Notes under the pieces: generated by a model
The model's database searches: none
What the model was told of the DNA's origin: nothing
The model's input: only the letters and a program-made list of their open reading frames with translations
Origin: Squalus acanthias
Lineage: Eukaryota
Direction of reading: 5' to 3'
Assembly (NCBI GenBank): GCA_030390025.1
Contig: CM059425.1
Location: forward strand, 18,786,001-18,850,000
DNA length: 64,000 nt
Shown: positions 12,311 to 26,153 of the stretch, piece after piece
Layout: the number at the start of each line of letters is the position of its first letter
Position numbering within the stretch: position 1 is the first letter of the stretch
Program-made: the position numbers and the translations under genes

Positions 12311-12659
12311 GGATTGAACCTCTATGCTCTACCCCCACAAACCCCAATCCTCCAGCAATCGTCGTCTTTCCTACTCTCCTACTGCCGTCCCAGGCTGGAC
12401 TCTCTCTTAAATAATCCTACAACTTCCCTCTGTGCCTCTCTTGGCATCCTCTGAAGGGCCCACCGAGGCACTCATCGCTGCCTCCCAATGAGCAGCAACC
12501 CCAATTGCCCATCCTACTCTTTCCCTGACTTTTCCACCAAGCGGCTTGCCTAGGGCTAATCTTGCCAACCTCCTTCTTGTCCCACTCCCCGTGCTGGCTC
12601 ATTGGACTCTACCAGTGGATCGGCTATCACAGCCTCTCTCCGAATCTCCCTCCAGAATG

Positions 12660-15600
12660 TACTTTCACTTGTGCCTGGACCCCCAGGTCTCTCTGGACCT
12701 CCACTGTTTTTAGCTTTTCACCATTTAGAAAGTACTCTGTTCTATCCTTTTTAGGTCCAAAGTGGATGACCTCACATTTGCCCACATTGAAATCCATTTG
12801 CCACAGTTTTGCCCATTCACTTAATCTTTCAATATCTTTCTGTAATTTTATGCTTTCATCTACACTGCCTACAATGCCGCCTATCTTTGTGTCATTAGCA
12901 AATTTGGATATGTGGCTTTCTATCCCATCATCTAAGTCGCTAATAAATACAGTGAATAGTTGAGGCGTCAACACAGATCCCTGTGGGGCACCACTAGTCA
13001 CAGCTTGCCAATTAGAGTACCTGCCCATTATCCCTTGTCCCTGTCTCCTGCCGCTCAGTAAATTTCCTAACCAGGTTAATAATTTGCCTTCAATTCCATG
13101 GGCTTCCACCTTAGTTAACAGCCTCTTATGAGGGACTTTATCAAATGTCTTCTGGAAGTCCATATAAATAACATCCATAGACACTCCCCTGTCCACTACT
13201 TTAGCCACGATTTCAAAAAATTCAATCAGGTTCATCAGGCATGACCTACCTTTTACAAATCCATGCTGGCTCTCTCTAATCAGCTGAAAATTTTCAAGGT
13301 GTTCAGTCACCCTATCCTTAATTATAGGGGGAGAAATTCCCTACCTTAGCGCCACCCATTAGCACGGTGTTAATTGAAGAAAGTGGCGGCGGCCGCTCTT
13401 CTGCCAGCTGGTGGCGGGTCCCGCGGCATCCACAATCTTCAACCTCCCAGTAGCGCTGCCTTTCTGAAGTAGCACCCTGATAAAAAATAGCAGAGTAGTG
13501 ACGTCATTCGGCGTCCACCGCCGACTTAATGTCACCACTGTGAACTTCGACCCTAGTGCTGAGTTCAGCGCTGGGTCCTAAGCACGCAAGGTAAACCTAG
13601 CCTGCAAACAGACAGACAGAGGTGCTGTTAGCTCCTCTTAAAGGGACACACACATCTTTCAGGTAAGTTTGCATTTAAGCTTTTGGACTGGTTTTTTTTG
13701 ATTTTATTGAAGTAGTGGGTTGCTGCAATAGATCTTAAAAGTTTTTTAAGTGTGTAGAGAATGCTGCTAGACACTTGCAAGGCCTTGGATGGTAAAGGGA
13801 GGCCTCTGAGAAGACAGAAAATGCTGCAAATACTCAGCAGGTCAGGCAGCATTTTATGCTTTTATTTCAAACTTACAGCATCCACTTGCAGAGGGAAGAG
13901 GAAGAAGCAGAAGAGGAGGAAGCAGAAGAGAAAGAAGCTGAAGAGGAGGAAGCAGAAAAGAAGGAACCAGAAGAAAGATGCAACCCAGACAGCCCCTTTC
14001 TGGGCAGCATATCTGGGATGAAATCATCCGCCTGCGGTACCAGTGACCACAACCCCAATTCCACTTTCAACATTTGTCCCACACCTTAACTTTCCTCTGT
14101 TACTGACCATCACAGTGTCCACTTGGCCACAATGCTGAAATAAAAGCCACCGCAAAGCAAACTTTGCAATCCAACTTTATACATCTATCCATCCAATATG
14201 ACATCAGGAAATCAACTCATCACCCTTATGAATTCACTTAGTGACTGTCTTGTGTGTGCATTTGCCTATCCTACTGATGTCACACAGTGCTACCCCAGTG
14301 GCTGCAGCATGACTGGTGGAAGGCTGCTGACTTTCAGTGGGGGACACTGCAAATGGCCTTGCTGGTCGACCTTGAGAAGCTGGTGGCTGGGAGTGTGAAA
14401 TCAATATTCTTCTTCACTCTCTCCCTCTTCTTGGCCAACCATTGGCTGGGCAGGCTGCATTTCTTTGGTGTGTGAAATGAGGAAGGCACAAGGGTGGAGT
14501 TGTGCTGAGGGGAGGGTGCAAGAGGTGCATGCGAGAAGGAGGATAACATATGAGCATACCAGCATCTTGTAAACTTTCTGCCCCGCTGCTGGCCAAGGGC
14601 TCAGCCATACCCCTGTCAAGAATGGCCTGCACCGTCTCCTCCAAGGGGGTGAGGTGAGGCTAGGAATTGGAGATGTGCCTCGTGATTGGTACAGATCTTT
14701 GGTAGGTGAGTGATTTTGTGGGGGCCAGGGGCGGGGGGGGGGGGGGGGTGGGGGGGGGGGGCGGTGGCGGGGGTCGTGCATTGAGCAGTGTGTGAGGTTA
14801 GTGGTGCAGTTGGTAGGAGATGGCTCTTGAAAGTGCATTCACTGACCTTGACCAGTGGCCTGAGGTCATGAAGCTTCTTTGGGCACTGGAGCCAGATCAT
14901 GGGGGTGACACTGCTGGCAGTGACTGCCTCGGTGATGTGGTCCCACATCCTTCTTTCTGGAGGACCTCATGGTCCCTATGGGTACAAGACCTCTCTTGCA
15001 GTGTTGACCCCTTGCACAAAGCTGGAGTGCTGCATGCGGGACCCTGGGTGCCCCTTTCCTTGTTTGCTGAGCTATTTGTTTTAGTGCTGAAGCACTTTTA
15101 TCGTTTTTTGAGGTGTGGAAGACAATTCAGCTTTAAGAGCTGAAAACTGCCAATGGGAATTATTTTTAATGTTTATTCTTTTCTTGAAAGGATAAAAAAT
15201 GCATTTTTTCACTTGCTTTTAATTTTTATTTGTTTTGAATGCATTGCCCCTTTAATTCATAGCCCTTTTAATTGCCCACAATGCCTTGCGAACTCCGCAG
15301 CCTCGCTCCCAGAGGCTGTAAGAAGCTGCAGCGCCGACTGTGGACGTGAGCTTCGGGTCAGAGGCCTCCATCAACATCACCAGGAGGGCGTTGCATGGTA
15401 AATTAGCGCTGCGCTCCACATCACCAACCCACAGAACCAATTTGTCAACGGTAGTGCTGTGGCCATTTTCGGCGGCCGTTAATTCGAGTTGCCCGTGACA
15501 CTGGCAATTCTCATGGTGCACACGAATTTTTCCCCCAGAGACTCTAGTAATTTCCCAACAACAGATATTATGTTATTGTTTTATTTCCCTGTTTCCCTCT

Positions 15601-15800
15601 CTCAGCATTCTTAAATAGTGGAGTGACAGGCTCAATTTTCCAAGCTAAAGAAACGGTTCCTGAATCGAAAGAACTTTGGAAGATTATAGTTAGGGCATTT
15701 GCAATGTGCTCAACTACTTCCTTTAAAACCATCTGGTCCTGGGGATTCATCACTTTTTAGTGACATTATTTTCTTCATTACTGTTATTTTGTTTACGTTA
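12660..15800 (-). mobile_element. Old CR1 RT fragment (12660-13326 + 15537-15800) split by a Harbinger derivative
   Basis: ORF 12627-13310 (SQHGFVKGRSCL, DFQKTFDKVPH) and ORF 15568-15753 (VLKEV..IIFQSS..VTPLFK) are collinear across the insertion. Confidence 0.85.
13327..15536. mobile_element. Non-autonomous PIF/Harbinger derivative
   Basis: TIRs gggggagaaattc / gaatttttccccc; 3-bp flanks ATA/AGA. Remnant acidic transposase C-terminus on + (13890-14050) and Myb/SANT remnant on - (WDHITEAVTASS..WLQCPKKLHDL). Confidence 0.82.
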
Positions 15801-16089
15801 ATTTTGTTGAGTCCATGTTAATGACACACTTGTAAACTGTTTTGATAATGTGCCTTTCATAATTGAATAGTACATATGTGTATAAGGTGTGGGTATATAA
15901 GGTGTGGGGAAGTAAGGGTTGCAATAGTGGTGAGAGCTGCAATTGTGTGAGTAGGAGAAGGAGGTTGTGTGGTGTGGTGCAGTGATTGTAGGGTAGTGAA
16001 TTGAAATGAGGGGGAGAGTTGTGATTAGTGGGATTGCAGGTGGTGCAGGTCTGAGGAGAGAGTAATTGGGATGCAAGGTAGGATTCTTA

Positions 16090-16250
16090 GCTTGGCAACT
16101 CTGCTGAGGTCATTAAACTTCTTTTGGCATTGCAGCCATGTCCTGGGAGATAGGTTCCTTGAATTGACCTCCTCAGCTATCTCTTCCCACTGATGATGGA
16201 GTTGTTGCCTGGGGGGCTTTCAGCTCCCCTCGTGGGGAACAGAATCTCTC
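16090..16250 (-). pseudogene. Harbinger Myb/SANT exon remnant
   Basis: Reverse complement reads PRTWLQCQKKFNDLSR. Confidence 0.65.
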
Positions 16251-16253
16251 TCT

Positions 16254-16625
16254 TAGAATCATAGCTTAATACAGCACAGAAGGAGGCCATTCGGCCCATC
16301 GAGTCTGAGCCAGCTCTTTCGAAGAGCAATACAGTTAGTCACACTCCCCCGCTCTTTCCTCATATCCCTGCAATTTTTTCTCCTTCAGGTATTTATCCAA
16401 TTCCCTTCTGGAGGCTACTATTGAATCTGTATCCACCGCTCTATCAGTCAGTGCATTCCAAATCCTAACCACTCGTTGCGTAAAAAACATTTTTCCTCAT
16501 GTGGCCTCTGGTTCTTTTGCCAGTCACCTTAAATCTGGAGCATCTCGTTATCGACCCTTCAGCCTCTATCTAAATCCTTCATGATTTTAATCACCTGTAT
16601 CAAATCTCCTCTTAGCCTTCTCTAC
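16254..16625 (-). mobile_element. CR1 3' fragment (family D)
   Basis: Reverse complement of the 3' end seen at about 51900-52266 (gccttctgtgctgta..attcta tail). Confidence 0.8.
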
Positions 16626-16814
16626 TCCCATCCACTGCCTGTACCAGAGCCTCCAAAACGGTATCGGGGAATCTGGGAACCAGATATACCAGTCTTGCAG
16701 CCATTTCTCTCTTCATAAGCATTCCCTCTTGTCTGCAGCTACAGTGCACCTCCCTTTAAAGAAGTGCAGGTTGCCTTTAAGTGACATCAGAGAAGCCTGA
16801 TTTACCGGCAGTAA

Positions 16815-19332
16815 GTAGTGGGCAAAAATTTGGCAGATGGAGTATAATGTGGGAAAATGTGAGGTTATCCACTTTGGTAGGAAAAATAAAAAAGCAAATT
16901 ATTATTTAAATGGAGAAAGACTACAAAATGCAGCGGTACAGAGGGATCTGGGGGTCCTCGTACATGAAACACAAAAAGTTAGCATGCAGGTGAAGGGATA
17001 ATTACAAGTCCTAGCCCTTTCGGACTACCCCAGATCAGGCGTATTCCCCAGACATTTACCTTCAACTAAAGTTTGCGGTAGCCGGATCCTATAAGACGCT
17101 TAATTGGGTCTAAAGGTCAGACTACCTCTCCCTAAAGGAAAGAAACAGTCTAAAGATGTTACCGTCCTCCAGATAGTACTTTTAATAAGTTTAACTAGAC
17201 TGTAACCTTCCGGATATTATGAGGGTCCGGAATACCCCCCAGAATTCTGCAACTCCTTTGAGTGTACAGAATTTGAGTTCGCAAGATGATACAGAATACT
17301 CTTAGAGAATTCTAACAATATATAGATTTATTAATGAACCGACATTTAGATAACATTTATTATGGCAATCGCAACTTTAATCGTTCAAAATACAAATAGC
17401 TTCTATTTCTTATTCTCAGAGATCCTTATTCTCAAATCTTAACTTGGTTACATTTCCACACTTCTACTTATTTCTTAATCCAGAATATCCACCAAAATCA
17501 AATAAGAGTACCTACATCCCCGAGACTCAAAAGTTAAAAACTTACAGAGAATGTCTGTTAAGTTGAGAAACGCTTGCCTTCTCAGCGATTTCTGACTTTC
17601 CATCTGAAAAGCTCGTATTTTTATATCTTTTTTGGGTGGTTTATCCGTTGAAGTTTTCCTGATGATGTAAGCTAAATTGTATCAAGTCATTCTTTGCTGA
17701 CTTTGTTCTATTCTTTACTGTCATTTCAGCTGTCAGCTTTTAGACTTGTGTCCTGTTTAGGTGTTTCCAAAATCATCATAAACACAATGACAGCAATGGT
17801 TTCTGTTTGATGCAATTCTTATCGAAGTCTTTCTATTGAATTTCTAATACTACTTTAACTGGTTGTTATTAAACGTTGTGACTCCGTGGTACTCCAAGTT
17901 CAATACAAGAACAATGTGATTGCTTGGTGTATCCATTGAAGTAATATTTTCAAAGTCATCTTGTTTGTGTACCTTTTACAACTTGTAAATTAAAAACACT
18001 TCTCTAGTATCTTCATGCATTTCTAATTTACTTCAATTGGTTTTTATCAGACCTTGGGACTCCATCTTTCAAGCTTAACATTAAAACTATTTGTTCAGCA
18101 GGCATTTCTTTTACTTGATGTCATTTCTTCAAAGCCTTCTGTAGGTATTATATTTACAATATGTAAATTGAAAACACTTTAACTCAGTGTTTACTTGTTT
18201 TCTAGCTATCTGAATTGGTTGCATATTTAATCATGTTTCCTGTTTCTAAGTTTAGCATAAAACTATTTTACGACAGGTATTTCTTACTTGATGTCATTTT
18301 TTCAAAGGCACTTGGTTTTTTTAATGTTCTGTGCACCTGTTCGACGTGTTAGATTATAACACTTTACTTGGGTCATTCCATTGTTTTGATTCCAATGTCC
18401 AGACGCTCTGGAAGCAAACCTTTGCTTTACCAATAGGGCTTGTTTCTTGGTCAATAACCCATTCCCATTTCAAAGCCTGTGGTGTTTTACAACTTGTGAA
18501 TAACTGATCTTTATCTCAGAAGCCTGTATTGTGCCTGCAGCCTGTGTCTGCTAAGGCTTATGTCTTTTGAACCCAGTATGTCATTTATTAATAATTTCAG
18601 AAATCTGTTTTTAGTATCGTGTATTTTTCTGAGTCCTGGCTATTCCTTCACACAGGTACAGCAAGTCATTAGGAAGGCAAATGGAATGTTAGCCTTTATT
18701 GCAAGGGGGATGGAGTATAAAAGTAGGGAAGTCTTGCTACAACTGTACAGGGCGCTGGTGAGACCACACCTGGAGTACTGCGTGCAGTTTTGGTCTCCTT
18801 ATTTAAGGAGGGATATACTTGAATTGGAGGCAGTTCAGAGAAGGTTCACTAGGCTAATTCCTGAGATGAAGGAGTTGTCTTATGAAGAAAGGTTGAGCAG
18901 GTTGGGCCTATACTCATTGGAGTTTAGAAGAATGAGAGGTGATCTTATTGAAACATATAAGAATCTGAGGGGGCTTGACAGGGTAGATGCAGAGAGGATG
19001 TTTCCCCTCGTAGGGGAATCTAGAACTAGGGGGCACAATTTCAGGATAAGGGGTCGCCCATTTAAAACGGAGGTGAGGAGGAATTTCTTCTCTCAGAGGG
19101 TCGTGAATCTTTAGAATTCTCTACCGCAGAGAGCTGTGGAGGCGGAGTCATTGAATATATTCAAGGCGGAGATAGACATATATTTGAGCTACAGGGGAGT
19201 TGAGGGTTATGGGGAGTGGGTGGGAAAATGGAGTTGAGGCCAAGATCAGATCAGCCATGATCTTATTGAATGGCGGGGCAGGCTCGAGGGGCCGAATGGC
19301 CTACTCCTGCTCTATTTCTTATGTTCTTATGT
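16815..19332 (+). mobile_element. CR1 3' half interrupted by a solo LTR
   Basis: WQMEYNVGKCEVIHFG..VSMQ|VQQVIRKANG continuous across 16990/18653; ttcttatgttcttatgt tail. Confidence 0.9.
16991..18652 (-). mobile_element. Solo LTR (1662 bp), ERV/Gypsy-type
   Basis: TG...CA ends (tgaagggata / tattccttcaca), 4-bp TSD CAGG. Minus-strand TATAAA (17620-17625) upstream of AATAAA (17327-17332). Homologous to 30203-31467. Confidence 0.88.
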
Positions 19333-19685
19333 AGCTAGCGCTGGCTGCACACCTGACCCATTATAATCGCTACCAGCACCAATTTCACGTCTCCGTGCCC
19401 ACATGAATAGGCACGCACAGTGCGTGTCTGTTTTCGGGTGCGATTGAATCTCGAAGCCTGTCTTTCTTTATTTCAATTGTGAAAAAAAAACTGTTGAATT
19501 TTGAAGCAAACTAATTATCTTTGCTGACAGAAAAAGTCAATGCTAATTTCTTATAACTGTGAAAGAGATTCTAATTTCTAACACCTATAGGACCTATATG
19601 CATAAAACACTATTTATTGGTTAAAAATCACAAATTAAAGTTAAAGTTGGATATGCAAATGCTTAATAGATATGCATTAATCTAA

Positions 19686-19823
19686 TATGATAGCAAAATA
19701 CTGCAGATGCTGGAAATCCAAAATAACAACAGAAAACGCTGGAAAAACTCAGCAGGCGAGGCAGCATCCGTGGAGAGAGAAACAGAGTTAACGTTTCAGG
19801 TCGAAGACCTTTCATCAGAACTG
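19686..19823 (-). mobile_element. Short solo PLE 3'-repeat insertion carrying a hammerhead motif
   Basis: Reverse complement of about 10859-10992; direct repeat TGCATTAATCTAA at 19673-19685 and 19822-19834. Confidence 0.85.
19786..19822 (-). ncRNA. Minimal hammerhead ribozyme motif
   Basis: Minus strand AGTT-CTGATGA-A-AGGTC(TTC)GACCT-GAAA-C-GTT-AACT. Confidence 0.82.
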
Positions 19824-20049
19824 CATTAATCTAACCTAGACATGCATTAATGTAACCTATCAATTAGCAAATCATTTAAGGAAAGAGTTACTTAACAAAA
19901 CAAACAGCAAAAGTTACACAAGCAATTCAGTGTATCATTGTAAATCAGCACTAATGGAGGCTGGGCATTAACTATAGCAGTGACCAGAGTCTGGTTATAA
20001 ATTGGTGAGATTACTTGAATAGTAACTCCTTAGGTAGTTGACAAGTTAA

Positions 20050-21283
20050 CTTGGATAGGTGTGGATTAATTCAGGAAAGCCAGCACGGATTTGTTAAAGG
20101 CAAATCGTGTTTAACCAACTTAATCGAGTTTTTTTGATGAGGTAACAGAGAGGGTTGATGAGGGTAATGTGATTGATGTAGTGTACATGGATTTCCAAAA
20201 GGCGTTCGACAAAGTCCACATAATAGGCTCACCAGCAAAGTTGAAGCTCATGGAATAAAAGGGACAGTGGCCACATGGATACGGAATTGGCTAAGTGACA
20301 GGAAACAGAGTAGTGGTCAACGGTTGTTTTTCGGACTGGAGGAAGGTATACAGTGGTGATCCCCAGGGGTCGGTTCTAGGACCACTGCTTTTCTTGATAT
20401 ATATTAATGACTTGGACGTGGGTGTACAGGGCACTGTTGCAAAATTTGAAGATGACACAAAACTTGGAAGTATAGTGAACAGTGAGAAGGAGAGTGATAG
20501 ACTTCAGGAAGATGTAAACAGGCTGGTGAAATGGGCGGACACATGGCAGATGAAATTTAATGCAGAAAAGTGCGAAGTGATACATTTTGGTAGAAAGAAT
20601 GAGGAGAGGACATATAAACTAAATGGTACAATCCTAAAGGGGTGCACGGACAGAGAGACCTGGGGGTATATGTGCACAAATCGTTGAAGGTGGCAGGGCA
20701 AGTTGAGAAAGGCTTATGGGATCCTGGGCTTCATAAATAGAGGTATAGAGTACAGAAGTGTGGAAATTAAGAACAACCTTTATAAAGCCCCAACTGGAGT
20801 ACTGTGTCTAATTCTGGGCACCACACTTTAGGAAGGATATGATGGCCTTAGAGAGGTGCAGAAAAGATTTACGAGAATGATCCCAGGAATGAGGCACTTC
20901 AGTTACATTGATAGACTAGAGAAGCTGGAGTTGTTCTACTTGGAACAGAGAAGATTGAGAGGCGATTTGATAGAGGTGTTCAAAATCATGAGGAGTCTGG
21001 ACAGAGTAGATAGAGAGAAACTGTTCCCATTGGCAGAAGGGTCGAGAACCAGAGGACACAGATTTAAGGTGATTGTCAAAAGAACCAAAGGCGACGTAAG
21101 AAAAAACTTTTTTACACAGTGAGTGGTTAAGATCTGGAATGCATTGCCTGAAAGGGTGGTGGAGGCAGACTCAATCTTATCTTTCAAAAGGGAGTTGGAT
21201 AAGTATCTGAAAGAAAATAATTTGGAGGACTACGGGGAAAGGGCAGGGGAATGGGACTAGTTGAGAGTTGGCACGGGCTCGAC
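20050..21283 (+). mobile_element. 5'-truncated CR1 (family D), decayed
   Basis: RT pieces ([19 protein letters not shown], ..DDTKLG, RGDLIEVFKIM) with frameshifts. Confidence 0.88.
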
Positions 21284-23444
21284 TTAAAATTCAAAAGTCA
21301 TGGCCCGATGATGTAATCGGCACTGCAACATAATTTTAACATCCAAGCAGGGGGAGTCCCATGCAGTCTGCTGCCCGGTGGCAGAAATACAATGGGAGTA
21401 TCTGACTGGCCAGAAGAGACCAGGGTAAGTTTTAAAACGTCACCCTCTCTTTGAACTCCTTGTGGGCCAGGATGAGCAGGATTGCTCCCCCCAGGCCCCT
21501 CAAGGAATTCTTGGGCCTCCCCAGCCCCAGCATCCCCCCAATTTTGGGGGAATCCTTAGCCCCGTCATCCCCCTGATCGAGCATCATAAAGAAGGAATCC
21601 CTAGCGCATGCCGATTCTTATGCTGATGTTAAGGGAATCCCTAAATTGCCATGTCCATGGGTCCCGGCTGTGGCCTCCTGCGGCCACGTTCCTGTGTACT
21701 ACCTTCATTGCTTACTTCTCAATGTACTGCTGGTATTCCTTCCTTTTGTGACTGCCTACCATTCTGAAGAGCCTGATAGCATGTGCACTATCTTTTAGGC
21801 CCTGAGCACCTAGCAATATCACTTTCTATACTGATAGCCATCCATTGCTTTACCATCCCTCATGTTTCCACATTCTGACATCACCACTGAAATCTTGGGC
21901 CCTATTTCCTCGCCCCATTTCCCCTCTCTTCCAGCACCATCTCCTTTCCTCATGCCCCTCCCTCTTTCCTCCCTGTTTATCGGCGTCCCGATCCCCATCC
22001 TCCTCCTCTCTTCCTCTTCCTAATTCCTCCTCTCTCCCACTTGGGTCCAATTATTCCCCACCCTCTAATCATACTTTACTTCAATACGACACTTGGTTTT
22101 GACTCCCCTTGTTCAATGCCATTGAACATCTTGTCTATGATTGGACTGTGGCACTAAAGTTGCCTCGGGTTAACAGCTGCTAAAAATGGTTGCGCACGGT
22201 AGGAGAGAAAAATTCGCGCTGGGGACTAAAGATTTTTAAAACTCACTATATAACGCCCTCCTGGTGCTGTCAGTCCAGGCATCAGTGCCGAATGTGGCAT
22301 CCAGAAGTGGTGTTGCATCTTCCAACAGCCTCTGGAAGGGAGGCTGAGTTCGCTAGGCATTGTGGGATGTTAAAAGGGCAAGGCATTGTCGCTTTCTTAA
22401 AAGGGCAATGCCTTCTGAACTGATAAAAATAAAAATGATGTAAAAATATGCAGTTTTTAGCCCTTACAGCTCAACTACCTTCTGAAAAAAATTAACATTA
22501 AAATGAATTCCCAAATGGGAGTCTTCAGCTCTTAAAGCTGAAGTCCCTTCCGCACCTAAAAAAAAAATGGAAAAGTGCTTCAGCACAAACACAAATGGCT
22601 TAGCAAGTCTGGGAAGGGGCACCCAAGGTCTCGCATGCAGCACGCCAGCTTTGTGCAAGAGGTCAACACTGCAAGAGAGGTCTTGTACTCACAGGGGCCA
22701 GAAGGCCCTCCAGAAAGAACAATGTGGGACCACATCACCGAGGCCGTCACTGCCAGCAGTGCCACCCCCACCACCTGGCTCCAGTGCCCAAAGAAGCTTC
22801 ATGTCCACAGGCCACTGGACAAGGTCAGTGAATGCATCTTCAAAAGCTGTCTCCTACCAACTGCATCACTAGCCTCTACACTTCTCTCAATGCATGACTC
22901 CCCACCCCTCAATCACTCACCTATCAACAATCTGTACCAATCACGAGGCACACTTCCATTCCTAGCTTCACCTCACCCCCTTGGAGGAGATGGTGCTGGC
23001 AAGGGGCATGGCAGAGCCCTTGACCAGCGGCGGGGTTGAAAGGATACAAGATGCTGGTATCCTCATACGTTTTCCTCCTTCTTGCATGCACCTCTTGCTT
23101 TCCTGCCCTCCCCTCACCACAACTCCACCTTCCTCATTTCACACACCCAAGAAATGCAGCCTGCCCAGCCAGTGGTTGGCCAAGAAGAGGGAGAGGATAG
23201 TGAAGAAGAAGAAGAAACACCTTCACTCTATTTCACACTCCCAGCCACCAGCTCCTCAAGGTCGACCAGCAAGGCCATTTGCAGTGACCCCCACTGACAG
23301 TCAGCAGCCTTCCACCAGCCATGCTGCAGCCACTGGGGTAGCACTGTGTGACATCAGTAGGATAGGCAAATGCACACACAAGACAGTCACTAAGGGAATG
23401 CATAGGGTGATGAGTTGATTTCTTGATGTCATATTGGATGGATA

Positions 23445-25745
23445 AACATAGAAACATAGAAGATAGGAGCAGGAGTAGGCCAGTCGGCCCCTCGAGCCTG
23501 CTCCGCCATTTAATGAGATCATGGCTGATCATCCAAATTCAGTACCCTGTCCCTGCTTTCTCCCCATATCCTGTGATCCTTTAGCCTTAAGAAATATATC
23601 TAACTCCTTCTTGAATATATTTAATGAATTGGCCTCAACTGCCTTCTGTGGTAGAGAATTCCACAGGTTCACCACTCTCTGGGTGAAGAAATTCCTCCTC
23701 ATCTCAGTCCTAAATGGCTTATCCCTTATCCTTAGACTGTGAACCCTGGTTCTGGACTCCCCTGCCATCGGGAACATCCTTCCTGCATCTAGTCTGTCTA
23801 GTCCTGTTAGAATTTTATAAGTTTCAATGAGATCCCCTCTCATTCTTCTAAACTCTAGCGAATACAAGCCCAATCGTCCCAATCTCTCTTCATACGTCAT
23901 TCCTGCCATCCCAGATATCAGTCTGGTGAATCTTCGCTGCACTCCCTCCATGGCAAGAAATTCCTTCCTCAGATAAGGTGACCAAAACTGCACACAATAC
24001 TCAAGGTGTGGTCTCCCCAAGGCCCTGTACAACTGCAGCAAGACATCCTTGCTCCTGTACTCGAATCCTCTCGCTATGAAGGCCAACATACCACTTGCCT
24101 TCTTAACCGCCTGCTGCACCTGCATGCTTACCTTCAACGACTGGTGCACAAGGACTCCCAGGTCTCGTTGCACTTCCCCTTTTCCCAATCTATTGCCGTT
24201 CAGATAACAATCTGCCTTCCTGTTTTTGCCACCAAAGTGGATAACCTCGCATTTATCCACATTATACTGCATCTGCCATGCATCTGCCCAATCACCCAAC
24301 TTGTCCAAATCATATTGGAGTTTCTCTGCATCCTCCTCACAACACACACGCCCAACCAGCTTTGTGTCGTCTGCAAACTTGGATATATTACATCTAGTTC
24401 CCTCGTCTAGATCATTAATATATATTGTGAATAACTGGGGTCCTAGCACCGATCCCTGCGGTACCCCACTAGTCACTGCCTGCCACTCGGAAAAAGACCC
24501 GTTTATTCCAACTCTTTGCTTCCTGTCTGCCAACCAGTTCTCTATCCAAGTCAGTACCTTACCCCCAATCCCATGTGCTTTAACTTTGCACGCTAATCTC
24601 TTATGTGGGACCTTATCGAAAGCCTTCTGAAAGTCCAAATACACCACATCCACTGGTTCTCCCTTATCTATTCTACCAGTTACATCCTCAAAAAATCCCA
24701 GTAGATTAGTCAAGCATGATTTACCTTTTGTAAATCCATGTTGACTTTGTCCGATCCTGTCACTGTTTTCCAAGTGCTCTGCTATTACATCTTTTATAAT
24801 GGACTCTAGCATTTTCCCCACTACCGATGTCAGGCTTACTGGTCTATAATTCCCCATTTTCTTTCGACCACCTTTTTTAAATAGTAGGTTACATTAGCTA
24901 CCCTCCAATCCATGGGAATTGTTCCAGAGTCTATAGAATTTTGGAAGATGACCAGCAATGCATCTACTATTTCTAGGGCCACTTCCTTAAGTACCCTCAG
25001 ATGTAGATTATCAGGCCCTGGGGATTTATCGGCCTTCAATCCCATCAATTTCCCTAACACCATTTCCCTACAAATACTGATTTCATTCAGTTCTTCCCTC
25101 TCATTAGACCCTATGTTCCCCGACATCTCTGGGAGGTTGTTTGTGTCCTCCTTTGTGAAGACAGAACCAAAGTATGTATTTAACTGGTCTGCCATTTCTT
25201 TGTTCCCCATTATAAAAACCCCTGATTCTGACTGCAAGGGACCTACGCTTGACTTCACCAACCTTTTTCTCATTACATATCTATAGAAGCTTTTACAGTC
25301 AGTTTTTTATGTTCTCTGCAAGCTTACTCTCATATTCTATTTCCCCCCTCTTAATTAATCCCTTTGTCCTCCTTTGCTGAATCCTAAACTGCTCCCAATC
25401 CTCAGGTTTGCTGCTTTTTCTGGCCAATTTATATGTCCTCTCCTTGGATCTTATGCTATCCCTAATTTCCCTTGTTAGCAACGGTTGGGTCAGCTTTTTT
25501 GTTTTATTTTTATGCCAAACAGGGATGAACAAATTCTGTAGTTCATCCATGCGATCTTTAAATGTTTGCCATTGCCTATCCACCGTCAACCCTTTAAGTA
25601 ATGTTCCCCAATCCATCCTAGCCAATTCGCACCTCATACCATCGTAGTTTCCTTTATTTAAATTCAGGACCCTAGTCTCTGAGCCAACTACTTCACTCTC
25701 CATCTTAATGAGGAATTCTATCATATTATTATCGCTCCTCCCCAA
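23445..25745 (-). mobile_element. 5'-truncated CR1 (family A)
   Basis: ORF2 pieces 25299-25772, 24836-25273 and 23529-24857; tail at 23445; flanking GGATA at 23440-23444 and 25746-25750. Confidence 0.92.
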
Positions 25746-26153
25746 GGATAGATATATAAAGTTGGATTGCAAAGTTTACTTTGTGGTGGCTTTTATTTCA
25801 GCATTGTGGCCAAGTGTACGCTATGATGGTCAGTAACAGAGGAAAGGTAAGGTGTGGGACAAATGTTGAAAGTGGAATTGGGGTTGTGGTCACTGGTACC
25901 GCAGGCAGATGATTCCATCCCAGATATCCTGCCCAGAAAGGGACTGTCTGGATTGCATCTTTCATCTGGTTCCTCCTTTTCTGATTCCTCCTCTTCGGCT
26001 TAGTTTTCTTCTGCTTCCTCCTCTTCTGCTTCTTCCTCTTCCCTCTGCAAGTGGATGCTGTAAGTCTGAAATAAAAGCATAAAATGCTGGAAATACACAG
26101 CAGGTCAGGCAGCATCTCGACCTGAGATGTGAACTCTTTTTCTCTCTCCACGT

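Noticed and set aside
13820..13852. Apparent invertible segment between ATGCTG/CAGCAT repeats
   Set aside because: Better explained by a deletion within an inverted PLE-tail pair; the other copy retains both orientations (26050-26153 and 28171-28192).
13761..14089. Lys/Arg-rich or Glu-rich small proteins
   Set aside because: Low-complexity GAA/GAG remnant of the transposase acidic tail.
14722..14772. Long G-runs (also 28405-28455) as functional G-quadruplexes
   Set aside because: These are homopolymer expansions inside TE remnants with unreliable length and no evidence of function.
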